The notes: generated by a model not told the origin, from the letters alone. A stretch of 64,000 nucleotides of DNA from Bdellovibrionales bacterium (GCA_965199825.1 OZ241329.1:2016001-2080000); one strand, 5' to 3'; counted from the stretch's first letter, positions 10,245-20,025 are shown. Program-made: numbers and translations.

Positions 10245-10844
10245 CTATGGGTAATATTGTTCAGCGCTCCAACCAAAACCGGTTTTGTTAAAGATGTATC
10301 GCTCGTGCAGCCTGAATTTATCGCCAATCCAGAACTCAATTTGTTCGGCCTCGATCCAATATCCGCCCCAGTGCTTAGGGCAAGGAACTGTGTTTTGATC
10401 AAACTCAATGCGGGCTTGATCAAGTAAATGTTTAAGCTCAACCCCTTTTTCAAGGGGTGAACTTTGCTGCGAGATCAGTTGGGCCAGTTGCGATTCTTTG
10501 GGGCGAGTGCCCCAGTAATCAACCGACTCTTGTCGAGAGCACTTGGTCACTTTGCCCCGGATATGAATTTGTTTAAAAAGGGGATCCCAATAAAAAGTAG
10601 CAGAGATTTTGGGATTGGACTCAAGCTCTCGTCCTTTGCGAGAATTGTAGTTGCTAAAAAATAAAAATCGCTCGCTCAAGTTTTTTTTGAGCAATACTGT
10701 GCGCGTCGACGGTTGACCGCTCAAGTCCACTGTTGCCACAACCATGGCGTTGGGTTCGCGTATACTCGAATGCGCGCGGGCTTCTTCTAACCAGATATTA
10801 AACAATGACCCAGGATTTTTTTCGGCTAAGATATTTGAACTCAT
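10245..10844 (-). CDS. pdxH: Pyridoxine/pyridoxamine 5'-phosphate oxidase
   Basis: EPNAMVVAT, RTVLLK, SRKG, PKHWGGY, EFW...RLHER. Confidence 0.93.
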   Translation of the reverse strand: MSSNILAEKNPGSLFNIWLEEARAHSSIREPNAMVVATVDLSGQPSTRTVLLKKNLSERFLFFSNYNSRKGRELESNPKISATFYWDPLFKQIHIRGKVTKCSRQESVDYWGTRPKESQLAQLISQQSSPLEKGVELKHLLDQARIEFDQNTVPCPKHWGGYWIEAEQIEFWIGDKFRLHERYIFNKTGFGWSAEQYYP

Positions 10845-10881
10845 AGTGATTCACTTATAGATTTTTTAAGGAGAACAGGCA

Positions 10882-11115
10882 ATGCAGGCGATTGAAGAAT
10901 TTGTTGCGGAAATCACATGGCTTCACGAACCCGATTACGGCGATTTTAAAAGAGCCGCAGGATTAAAGTTGTCGCGCTTAAGCTCTCAACTTCCAAAAAC
11001 CGATACGAACAAACAAATTCTTGATCAAATGAAGATGCACCTTGTGTATCACCCTTCAGGCGAAGTCGAGCCGACCCGTCATTTTCTAATTCAAAAAGCG
11101 GCCACATTGAAATGA
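10882..11115 (+). CDS. Small hypothetical protein
   Basis: AAGGAG RBS; ends next to the start of the ROK gene. Confidence 0.6.
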   Translation: MQAIEEFVAEITWLHEPDYGDFKRAAGLKLSRLSSQLPKTDTNKQILDQMKMHLVYHPSGEVEPTRHFLIQKAATLK

Positions 11116-12053
11116 AAATCTTGTGTCTCGACATTGGTGGGACAAAAATCGCAAGCGCCATTGTCGATGATCAGATGCGCACAGCCGATGTCAAAGTCGA
11201 GCCCACTCCGGTGCACATCGGACCCCAAGCGGTACTTGATCAAATTACCGAAATCGCCAAACGCACCATCGAACGCTATAGCGGCATTGCGGGAGTGAGC
11301 ATTGCATCCGCAGGCCCCTTAGAACTCGAAACAGGCTCATGGCTTTCGCCCACAAATTTTTTAACCAACGGCAAACCTTGGGGGCGTGTTGAACTTGTTC
11401 GACCGTTGCGCGAAGTCTTGGGCGTACCCGTTTTTTTAGAAAACGATGCGGCGTGTGCCGCCCTTGGCGAATTTGCGTTAGAAAAAAAATATCGCAGCAT
11501 TGCGGTGATTACACTTGGAACCGGTGTGGGCATCGGCGTGATCGTCAATGGGGAACTCGTTCGAAAAGATTTGTATGAACATCCCGAAGTCAGTCACATT
11601 CCGCTTTATGCGGGCGGAGCCATTTGCGAGTGCGGGCTCTCAGGTTGCATCGAAGCTTATTTGGCCTCCACCCATTTTGCGAGGCGCTTGAGTGAATCCC
11701 AAAAAACTTGGCTCAAAACGGGAGACGTGGTCAACGCAGCCCGAGTGGGGGAGCGCTGGGCGCTTGAAGCTTTTGATTTGTACGCCGAACATTTGGCCCA
11801 AACATTTATGATTCTAAAAACACTCTACCAACCCCAAATGATTGCGGTGTCGGGTGGGCTTGCCGCAATTTCTGAGATGTATTATCCAAAAGCGATTGAG
11901 CGCTTTGAACAGATGCGAGCCAAGATGCAAAGTGCATCAGCTCCTGTGGAGTTTAAAGTCTCACCCCACACCTATGAACTCAGTTTGTTCGGTGCGGCCG
12001 CAAAGGCGTTTCGAATGATTAGTGATTCTCCGGTGCAAAGAATCGCGACTTAG
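11112..12053 (+). CDS. ROK family sugar kinase
   Basis: LDIGGTK, ENDAACAALGE, LGTGVGIG, CECGLSGCIEAY. Confidence 0.9.
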   Translation: MKILCLDIGGTKIASAIVDDQMRTADVKVEPTPVHIGPQAVLDQITEIAKRTIERYSGIAGVSIASAGPLELETGSWLSPTNFLTNGKPWGRVELVRPLREVLGVPVFLENDAACAALGEFALEKKYRSIAVITLGTGVGIGVIVNGELVRKDLYEHPEVSHIPLYAGGAICECGLSGCIEAYLASTHFARRLSESQKTWLKTGDVVNAARVGERWALEAFDLYAEHLAQTFMILKTLYQPQMIAVSGGLAAISEMYYPKAIERFEQMRAKMQSASAPVEFKVSPHTYELSLFGAAAKAFRMISDSPVQRIAT

Positions 12054-15000
12054 TTAGTTGGCTCGTGCCGATCTCGCTAAAGAACATTTGTTTTCAATAT
12101 CTTTTTTTGAATCGACAATTGTTTGGATCAAGATTGCGGGATCGCCCACTTGAAACTGTTGGTTTCGCGCCCAGCGATTGTAATCGTCAAAACTTAACCA
12201 AACAGGCGTATTGTCTTCTTTGGGAGTTACAAACCAACCAAAAACTTTTTCAAAAGTTGAAGGTCCTTTGAAGACGCTCTTTGCCATTCGAATCTGGGCA
12301 TTTTGATCTTTATCAAAATCGATTCGGTACACACGATCAATCGATCGGCTTGCCACCGTCATTTTGGAGATACGTCCCGAGCTGTCATTCAAAAAATGAA
12401 ACCGAACCCCATTATCGTGAGATGAGCGGGTAATTTCGCGGGCTGATTTTTCTAAACACGATTTATTGTCTACAGTTTGTTGATCCTCTTCGGGCGCAGT
12501 CACTTCGGTTTCAATATTTGAAACTTGTGTTGACGGTGAGGAATCATCAAATTCCTGTAAGTCTGGATCTTCATCAAAATTGTGATTGCGTCGATCAAAA
12601 TTTCTTGGATCAAGCATATTGATTCGGATGCGATAATTCATCAACTCAGCCAGATTTTGATAACTGTTGCGAATCACAGTGCTAAACAAAACATATTGAT
12701 AGGCATCTTTGATCAAATCATCTTCGAGATACATCAAGTTTGCTCGAGCTTTACCATCGGCAAAGACCTGTCCATCGGCATGCAGCCCCTGAACAATGGG
12801 GGCGAAGCGATCGATTTCTCTATAAAGAGCATTCTCAGAAGTGTCTTGGTTTCGATCTGTTTTGTAGGGCTTAAACAAGCCGCCGCCGGTATCGGCATTG
12901 ATCCGCATTTTGAGATTTTCAACAGTGGCCTTCAAGGCATCGACTTTTTCGGGTGTTTGACCGGCCTGAAGTTGGTTTGTCAAGAACGCTTGAAAGGCTT
13001 TTTGGTTATCAGAAATTTCAGAGTTGAGGTCTCTGATCTCTTGAGGTTTGACATAGTCAGGGCGAACCTTTGCCGAGCCCAACATCTTAAATACTTTTTC
13101 GTATGTAGCGCTGAGCTTGACCATGTGGCTCTCCCAAACGGCGATGCGATTGTCTTTTTGGTCAGGCGGACTTAATTTCTCCACAAATGTCTCGGCATCA
13201 TTGAGCAAATCAAAATAAAAATTGTTTTCTTGATAGACCGATTGAATCGCACCGTAGCCCAAACTGAAGTCTTGGCTCGAGCAATTGCCTTTATGGGTAA
13301 AGTTATTTTCAAATTTGGTCCCCCCATTTGAGGGCGACGGATTTTGAAAACAGCGAAACTCTTCATTGTAAAGTGCGGGCTTTAGATTTTGCTCAACAAG
13401 GTGCTTATACTCGGCCTCAAAAATTTTGTAGGCCGGAACAACTTGAGCCAAATACACATTTTGATGCCACCACTGTTCAAAAAAGTCGTGATTGCTTTGT
13501 GAAATAATATCGGGGCGAATATTTGCCTTAATATAGTCTACAAGGTTGCCATAATGAAAACCCGAACCGTCATGAAACGCGCCGGTCACGTCAAATATCT
13601 CAAATGCTTTATGAAGAGCTTTGTTATTGAGTTGGTAATCACAAATCGTTTGTTGACCGTCATGTTGGACAAGGCTTGGTGGTAAAAATTCGATTTCAGA
13701 ATATCGATGATCCCGAATCAAATTCTGATTTTGAATACCTTCGTTCACTTGATCAGGGTTTGGTCCACAGGCCGCCGACACAATTAAATACTCACCTAAG
13801 GTTGTGGGTTTGACGAGTTCCCAACTGTTTGGGGCCTCATAGGGTTTTGAAAAGCTATTGCTTTCAGCGCGAATGGTGGTGATCGTATTGTCCCAATTAA
13901 AAAGTTCAGAGGGCGATAATGATTGGCTGTTGGATTTTGCCTCTCTTTCATCAGCAATTTTTTTAACAATTTGTTGATAAAGCGCGTAGGACTGATCATA
14001 AGCCGTCTGAAATCGTGCAATTTTAGCTGCCCACTGTTGGATGGCCGCGGTGGACCCCCCAAGTTGAAGATTGCGCCAGGCGTAGGTGCGTTGCTGCATT
14101 CTTTCGATCAACAAAGCCAGTTTATAACTTTCAAATCCATGAAATTGGTGGTCCCGAGCGGCACGGTAGTAATCCTGCACATTCGAAAAGTTTTGCTGCA
14201 AGGTTGATCCTAAGGGATCTTTTGAAAAGGCAAGGCTCCAGGTTGTGGCGAACCGTTCGGTAAACCATTTTTGCAGTGGAAGTAAGTTTGTGACTTTATT
14301 TACGGTTTGAAAAACAACGTAACTCCCCACCAAAAAAATCATCCCATAACCAAAGCGTCCCATCGCTCGTACGGTGGGAGATTTCAAAAATGCATTCGGT
14401 TTGAGTTTTAAATTGGCAAGAAAAGTGTTCGACAATTTATTGAACAAAAAAGGTGAGACCCACTGACGAACAGCATAACTTAATCCAAAATAAACACCTG
14501 TTGAGAGCATCATGTTGGTGATACTTGGAACCAAATCATTGAGGTATTGACCATTCATCCAGTTATTTCGAAAGGTGTACCAAGCTTCATCACATTTTGA
14601 GGCATCGCGCTCCCAATTGAGAGTGACAATTTTTTTCGCACTAAAGAGGCCATAGCACTGCTTCATCGATTCTTCGCTAAACATCACCCGCGAAACATCG
14701 GCTGCAACCGTGGCCGCAAATAATATCCCCGCCGTAGGGACAAGAGCTCCGAATCCGCCCTGACTTAACCGTTCTTTATAAATGTAACTACCAAAACCCG
14801 CGACAAAGCCATAGCCGGCAAGGACAAGATACAGTACGGGATTGTCCCAAGAGTTTTTAAAATCGGAGAGACTCATTGGATTGTCTTGATGATCCAATGT
14901 TGCAGCAAGACCTGCCATAATTCCCATGGATAAATAAAATGAAGTTCCCATTCGGCTTATATTGCGAACGGGTTGAACAGGGCCGGAATTCCAGGTGCGT

Positions 15001-15530
15001 TCAACAAAGCTGGGCATCTTGAGTCGTGAGGATCTTGGGTTTGAATTTTTCGATGCAGTGACCGGAGTTTTGGGGACGGGCCTTGCAATCAGGCGAGCTG
15101 ATTTTTTGTCTTTGGACAAAATGGCTTCAAATGGTTCACCACTCTCATAGAACCCAATAACTCGGTTCGGTTCGGTTGGGGTCGGAGCAAGTTCAACATT
15201 TAAAACCTTATTGTTCGGCATCTTCACGTCTGTAATAATATTTTTTGGAGCCCGAGTATTTGAAGGCTTCTCAGATTCAATATCCAAAGAAATGGCTTGT
15301 CCGCTGTCAATCAAAACGCCACGAACGCTGTGACCGTCACGATCCCAAGAAACCAGAGGTCGATTTGTTTCAGGATCTACGCCTTCAATTACCATGACGT
15401 TTTTAGGTCCATCCGGTGTGTTTACTTTTAAAAGATTTTGACCAAGCTCAAATTCTTCAGCATAGGTTTTTGCTGGCAGATTCACAGCGATCAAAGACAA
15501 AACTAAAATTCGACTAATTAAAATCTTCAT
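12054..15530 (-). CDS. Large exported protein with a hydrophobic multi-helix region and long helical C-terminal part
   Basis: ATG 15530 after GGAGAG; signal peptide MKILISRILVLSLIAVNLPAKTYA; about five Gly/Ala-rich hydrophobic segments; start overlaps the upstream stop. Confidence 0.8.
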   Translation of the reverse strand: MKILISRILVLSLIAVNLPAKTYAEEFELGQNLLKVNTPDGPKNVMVIEGVDPETNRPLVSWDRDGHSVRGVLIDSGQAISLDIESEKPSNTRAPKNIITDVKMPNNKVLNVELAPTPTEPNRVIGFYESGEPFEAILSKDKKSARLIARPVPKTPVTASKNSNPRSSRLKMPSFVERTWNSGPVQPVRNISRMGTSFYLSMGIMAGLAATLDHQDNPMSLSDFKNSWDNPVLYLVLAGYGFVAGFGSYIYKERLSQGGFGALVPTAGILFAATVAADVSRVMFSEESMKQCYGLFSAKKIVTLNWERDASKCDEAWYTFRNNWMNGQYLNDLVPSITNMMLSTGVYFGLSYAVRQWVSPFLFNKLSNTFLANLKLKPNAFLKSPTVRAMGRFGYGMIFLVGSYVVFQTVNKVTNLLPLQKWFTERFATTWSLAFSKDPLGSTLQQNFSNVQDYYRAARDHQFHGFESYKLALLIERMQQRTYAWRNLQLGGSTAAIQQWAAKIARFQTAYDQSYALYQQIVKKIADEREAKSNSQSLSPSELFNWDNTITTIRAESNSFSKPYEAPNSWELVKPTTLGEYLIVSAACGPNPDQVNEGIQNQNLIRDHRYSEIEFLPPSLVQHDGQQTICDYQLNNKALHKAFEIFDVTGAFHDGSGFHYGNLVDYIKANIRPDIISQSNHDFFEQWWHQNVYLAQVVPAYKIFEAEYKHLVEQNLKPALYNEEFRCFQNPSPSNGGTKFENNFTHKGNCSSQDFSLGYGAIQSVYQENNFYFDLLNDAETFVEKLSPPDQKDNRIAVWESHMVKLSATYEKVFKMLGSAKVRPDYVKPQEIRDLNSEISDNQKAFQAFLTNQLQAGQTPEKVDALKATVENLKMRINADTGGGLFKPYKTDRNQDTSENALYREIDRFAPIVQGLHADGQVFADGKARANLMYLEDDLIKDAYQYVLFSTVIRNSYQNLAELMNYRIRINMLDPRNFDRRNHNFDEDPDLQEFDDSSPSTQVSNIETEVTAPEEDQQTVDNKSCLEKSAREITRSSHDNGVRFHFLNDSSGRISKMTVASRSIDRVYRIDFDKDQNAQIRMAKSVFKGPSTFEKVFGWFVTPKEDNTPVWLSFDDYNRWARNQQFQVGDPAILIQTIVDSKKDIENKCSLARSARAN

Positions 15531-17148
15531 CTGCGCTCTCCGTGACATTTGTGACGCCCGAATCTACAACCCAATCGCGAACTTTTTGGTCCTTGTATCC
15601 GAACATATAAAAACCATTTATGATCGTCTCAAGCTCATTGCGATCAAAGGTCTCAACGCTTTCTAAATTCATAGATTTCATTTGCTCAAAACAAAGTGTC
15701 GTAAACAATTTGAGTAGCACCGCTTTGCCCTCGGCATTGTGTGCAAGATGTGAAGTGATTAAGTCGTTTGGAGTTTTAAGTGAGAGCTCAATTAGTTTTT
15801 GTTCTTCAAAAGAAATAGCATTGAGTGTCGCCTTTGCTTCAGTCCACATTTCTGGATCGATACGTGATCGCAATTCATTATTCTGTTGTTTTGCATCAAG
15901 ATACTCTTTGGATTGAGCTCCGTAGCTCTGAAGATAGGTTTTCATTTCATTTTCGCTGCGAGACTTTTGAGAGTAGAGGTTATAGATACGCTCGCTGTGA
16001 ATTGTAATCATCGAATCCAAAAGATCGCGACGTTTGCTCAGCTGATATTCAAGCGCTTTGTTGGAATCATATCCACGAGCTCCATCAGTTGAGCGCTCAA
16101 TAATTTTTTGAATTGCCCAATCATTTCGCAACATCGCTTGCTCACGATCGATAAGCCTTACCTTTTGCACACCCCAGGTGAGTGAATCCTTATAACTCTG
16201 TGGTAAAAAGAAATGAACAATTCCGCCAACCACTCCAGTTGCGATAGCAAATGGAAGGCTCCCAGCAGCTGCAGGTGTCACAAACAATTCGAGTCCAACA
16301 CCCGCCCCAACCATCGCTTGGACCATGCTAATGAACTCACCCGTGAGAATTGAGTTACGTAGAGTGTAGTCGATCCAATGATCGCGAAGTTCTGGATTGG
16401 CAACCAAGATCAGCTCGGCGTTGTTGATCAGCATCTTGAACAATCGTTTTTCTTCTGTGTTGCCAAGACCTGAAGTCATCTTCCAGAAACTTAAATTTTT
16501 AGCGGCAACACGATCATCGGGATCTTCGATCAGATCTGCAGACATTCGAAAAAAACTCGCCACAAATTCCCAAGTAAAAAAGGCGGCGACCGAAGTTCCA
16601 AATTTAACAATGGCAATCTCTGCTACTGAGCGGATCAAAGGTGTTTGGAGTTTTTCGCTCAGACCTAAAAAGGAATGATAGATTTGAAGAGCCAGTGGAG
16701 AGCTTAATTTTCCTGCAACAATCGAAGCAGGGAGAGGTAAATAAATTTGAAAATTGTTGGTGGCATCCACAAAAGAATCTTTGACGATTCCGGCATACGA
16801 AGACGCCGGTGCATTTTTTAATTTTGAAACATTATAGTTTTCATAACTTGAATGGAAAACACTTAAGATAAAAACCATCGCGGCTGTTGAAACGCCGTGA
16901 GACGCTCCGCCCTTTAAAGGCTCTAAACGCTCATGTTGAGCAAACTCGCGGGCTTTTTTTAGAAGCTCTGGTTCTTGATCTTTTTTAAATCCGGCAAGCC
17001 GACTTGTGAGTCCAAAAAATTTTCCATGTTTATTATTGAGCGCGGTTAAAACCGGGCCAGGGGGCTCAAAGGTCCAAACGTTTCGGGCTTGCACTCCACT
17101 TGAGTACAGCTGTGCAAAAATAATTAAAAGAGAAAGACTACTTCGCAT
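15514..17148 (-). CDS. Exported protein with Gly-rich hydrophobic helices and coiled-coil C-terminus
   Basis: ATG 17148; signal peptide MRSSLSLLIIFAQLYSSGVQA; hydrophobic hairpin MVGAGVGLELFVTPAAAGSLPFAIATGVVGGIVHFFL; overlaps the Clp gene stop by 11 nt. Confidence 0.8.
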   Translation of the reverse strand: MRSSLSLLIIFAQLYSSGVQARNVWTFEPPGPVLTALNNKHGKFFGLTSRLAGFKKDQEPELLKKAREFAQHERLEPLKGGASHGVSTAAMVFILSVFHSSYENYNVSKLKNAPASSYAGIVKDSFVDATNNFQIYLPLPASIVAGKLSSPLALQIYHSFLGLSEKLQTPLIRSVAEIAIVKFGTSVAAFFTWEFVASFFRMSADLIEDPDDRVAAKNLSFWKMTSGLGNTEEKRLFKMLINNAELILVANPELRDHWIDYTLRNSILTGEFISMVQAMVGAGVGLELFVTPAAAGSLPFAIATGVVGGIVHFFLPQSYKDSLTWGVQKVRLIDREQAMLRNDWAIQKIIERSTDGARGYDSNKALEYQLSKRRDLLDSMITIHSERIYNLYSQKSRSENEMKTYLQSYGAQSKEYLDAKQQNNELRSRIDPEMWTEAKATLNAISFEEQKLIELSLKTPNDLITSHLAHNAEGKAVLLKLFTTLCFEQMKSMNLESVETFDRNELETIINGFYMFGYKDQKVRDWVVDSGVTNVTESADEDFN

Positions 17149-19798
17149 CTTTGTGCGCTCTTTCCCTTGCTTTTGCAGGATCAAATTTACCAACTTCGGC
17201 TGCAAGCTCTCCACGACCCGACTTTAAAAAATCGGGAGTTGATAAGACTCTGGGAAACTGCACCGGATAAGTGTCGACCGGTTTTCCATCCAAGCTCAGC
17301 GAAAATTCCCCACCTTGAGAGTCACCACTGAAATCAATCTTCAAATGAGTTTTTTGAGCAAAAGGCTGGTCATTTCGTTTTCTAAAAAACTCTCTCAAAA
17401 TTTTTGATGAGATCTCTTCGTTGCTCACTCGAACCACATGGTTAAGATCGTTTGAATTTCGAACTGCAAGAAACGCCACCGCATTGACCACAGTGTCTGA
17501 GGCCTCAAAGTGAATCTTATATTTCGATTCGATCGAGGCTTTGATCCGATTGAGATGGGCGCGTGCGGTGAGTTGAGCCATTTCAAAACTCAGAGGGCTT
17601 GCCGTTAAGATCCCATCAAGATTTGCAATAAAACTATCAGTGGCATGAGATTGTGTTCTTAAAGTTTGAGGACCAATCAACTGATCGAGCCGCGAAATTT
17701 TTTGTTCTGGAGTTAAGGAGGAATCAAATGCGATGGCTTTTACCTGATCACCAGATAAATTAAATTGTTCGGCTATTTTAGTAGGAAAAAGGGGAAGATT
17801 AGACTTAAGGTCTCTGAGCATTTTGCTTTTCTGCATAGACCAATCGGCCAAAACATCAGAACTCAAGATCGTAATGCCTTCGAGCAAACTTGCAGGATTC
17901 CCATTGTTGTCGACCAATGTGTCATTCGGCGAAAATCCATCCGACAGCCACTGGCTAATTTCGGTATGAGCCATGTCGAATTTTTTAAACCAAAAAACCG
18001 AAAATGGAGTGCGTCGGATAGGCCCAGTAATTTTACCCTCGTCGTCGCTCCCTTTGTATCCAACGTTGGATCCTCTCGCAGACCAAAGATCGGTATTGTT
18101 TTGATAGTGGCTCATGTCAAATTTGAGTGGAGCGGCTTCACGACCAAAATAAGATTCATTAATCACATGTGATATCTCTTCGATTATCGCATCGCTTGCA
18201 CCGCTCACATAAAAGACCATCGCTTTGGTTTCAAGTGCGAGCCCAAAATCACGCGCTTCGAGTTTATCGACGATTGCTTTAAGAATATGATCTTGATCTT
18301 TGATCCGATCATGCCAAACTTTTTTGAGCTGATCGATACGCTGAGCTGGAGTCATCATCATAATCTTTGAGGACACATTAAATTTTTCGGCAATTGCGAG
18401 ACGGATGTCTTTTTCATTTAACATTTTGTCTTTGAGTTCGCGTTGAGTGTGCTCAGCAATTTGCTGATCAATTGAGGCGATCTGTTCATTGGCAACTTGA
18501 AGCTCAGCTCTTGCTTGTCCGAGCAGTTTGATAATTTCCTTGGTCTGATTTCGAGCTTGATAATCCAACACGTCTTCTTCGGCAAGAATACGCTTCTCGA
18601 CTTGAACTTGACGATCCAATTTGAGTTGTGGGCCTTTGCCTAAGGATTGACCTTGAGTCGCTTGATCGGCCAGCTTGTCTAAACCCTGATGCTTTAAGGA
18701 ATCACTCAGCTGCTTTTCAAGATCGGCAACCTCGTTTTTCAACATCATTTCTTGATTAAACAATTCTTGTGTTCTCTCACCCGCATTTTGTGCGTGTCGG
18801 AGATCAGCGGTTGTTCCCCAAAGTTGAGCTTTTTTGATATGAATTTGGTCGGTAAGCTTACCCACCTTTTCGTTAACCCCGAAGATATCACTGGCAGCTG
18901 CAGACAAGGCATACTCGATAACCTGTTCGACCCGAGAACCTAAGGGTTGACCGCGGAAGAGTTGGTTTGTCTGCTCAACCGCTTCGACGATTGCCTTTTC
19001 ACTGATATCGACACCGTAAATCGTTTTATAGATCGGGCGACGCACAATAAATTGATGGATGACTTCTCTCACAGAAGGTTTCTCAATGATTTGGGTCGCA
19101 CCACGGCGGGTGGCCGCTTGATCAGGTTCAATATATTTTCTGTATTCATTAAGGGTAGTACCCATTACGACTTTAAGCTGACCGCGATCCATCAGTCGTT
19201 TGATTTCGCTAATAAAAGTCTCGTTACTCATCATTTGATGAGCTTCATCGATAAACAAAACATATCTACCATTGGCGTCTTGAAGAGCTGTGAGCAGAGT
19301 GGTGATGTTTTTTTCAAGCGCACCACGATATTTTGTTCCCGAAGTGAGCATGGCGTTTTTCAAAACCAAAATCTCATAGCCCTCTCTTGCAAGAGCCTCC
19401 ATCAACGCAGTTTTTCCTACGCCTGGTTCGCCTAAAAGATAAACTCCGGCTTTGGTGTCGAGCAAAATTTTGATTTTTCTTAAATTTGCTTCGCCATTTA
19501 CATAAACATTTTTAATTTTAAATTTGGCTTCGGCAACTTTGAATTCTTTAAGCTCAGCAGCAGAGTTACTCAGTTCCAATTTTTTTAATCTTCTTCGTTC
19601 GACCGTGTACTCGCGGGTCAGGTCACGGGTAAGAATCTGAAACACATTGTCTTTTGTGATCTTTGGTCCGTCAGAGCCCTCGATCTCTCGGCCATTAGGA
19701 TCGACTCCCTCATCACTATTTGCCCCAAAGGCTGCGGGCAAAACAAATACTATTGAGAGTGCGGCAATCGCACAGGTTGTGCGCAAACGGATGAGCAT
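17138..19798 (-). CDS. ClpB/Hsp100-like AAA+ ATPase with signal peptide and degenerate NBD2
   Basis: NBD1: GEPGVGKT, TKYRG, LFIDEAH, GTTLNEYRKYIE, ATRR; long coiled-coil middle region; NBD2 scaffold (DQDH, FDMSHY, GYKG, IRRTPFSV) lacking Walker A/B. Confidence 0.9.
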   Translation of the reverse strand: MLIRLRTTCAIAALSIVFVLPAAFGANSDEGVDPNGREIEGSDGPKITKDNVFQILTRDLTREYTVERRRLKKLELSNSAAELKEFKVAEAKFKIKNVYVNGEANLRKIKILLDTKAGVYLLGEPGVGKTALMEALAREGYEILVLKNAMLTSGTKYRGALEKNITTLLTALQDANGRYVLFIDEAHQMMSNETFISEIKRLMDRGQLKVVMGTTLNEYRKYIEPDQAATRRGATQIIEKPSVREVIHQFIVRRPIYKTIYGVDISEKAIVEAVEQTNQLFRGQPLGSRVEQVIEYALSAAASDIFGVNEKVGKLTDQIHIKKAQLWGTTADLRHAQNAGERTQELFNQEMMLKNEVADLEKQLSDSLKHQGLDKLADQATQGQSLGKGPQLKLDRQVQVEKRILAEEDVLDYQARNQTKEIIKLLGQARAELQVANEQIASIDQQIAEHTQRELKDKMLNEKDIRLAIAEKFNVSSKIMMMTPAQRIDQLKKVWHDRIKDQDHILKAIVDKLEARDFGLALETKAMVFYVSGASDAIIEEISHVINESYFGREAAPLKFDMSHYQNNTDLWSARGSNVGYKGSDDEGKITGPIRRTPFSVFWFKKFDMAHTEISQWLSDGFSPNDTLVDNNGNPASLLEGITILSSDVLADWSMQKSKMLRDLKSNLPLFPTKIAEQFNLSGDQVKAIAFDSSLTPEQKISRLDQLIGPQTLRTQSHATDSFIANLDGILTASPLSFEMAQLTARAHLNRIKASIESKYKIHFEASDTVVNAVAFLAVRNSNDLNHVVRVSNEEISSKILREFFRKRNDQPFAQKTHLKIDFSGDSQGGEFSLSLDGKPVDTYPVQFPRVLSTPDFLKSGRGELAAEVGKFDPAKARERAHKDAK

Positions 19799-19844
19799 AA
19801 CAGAGGTCCTTCCTCGGAATAGAGCCATGGCTACCTAAAAGAAT

Positions 19845-19860
19845 TGCAGGCTATATGCCA
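19845..19860 (-). promoter_or_regulatory. Putative sigma54 (-24/-12) promoter of the Clp-like operon
   Basis: Minus strand TGGCATATAGCCTGCA, GG-N10-GC spacing, about 47 nt before ATG 19798. Confidence 0.7.
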
Positions 19861-19936
19861 CCGGATTTATCTTAAATTGAGATTCAATAGCAATTTAAAG
19901 CGTTTATGAGAGGGTTTTGACAATCTTGGGTGAGCA

Positions 19937-19955
19937 CTGTCGAGGCTGTAGACAG
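19937..19955. promoter_or_regulatory. Palindrome, possible enhancer-binding protein site
   Basis: CTGTC-N9-GACAG about 80-95 nt upstream of the sigma54 motif. Confidence 0.4.
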
Positions 19956-19969
19956 CTCATTTCGAGCTC

Positions 19970-20003
19970 AAAAAAAAACACCGGCGGGATGGCCGGTGTT
20001 TTT
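19970..20003 (-). terminator. Rho-independent terminator
   Basis: Stem ACACCGGC/GCCGGTGT, 6-nt loop, followed by a T run on the minus strand just after the stop of the 242-aa gene. Confidence 0.9.
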
Positions 20004-20025
20004 GAAATAACTTTGTAAACGTAAA

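Noticed and set aside
17138..19798. T6SS ClpV or housekeeping clpB
   Set aside because: No tss genes nearby, no Clp N-domain, signal-peptide-like start and NBD2 Walker motifs absent
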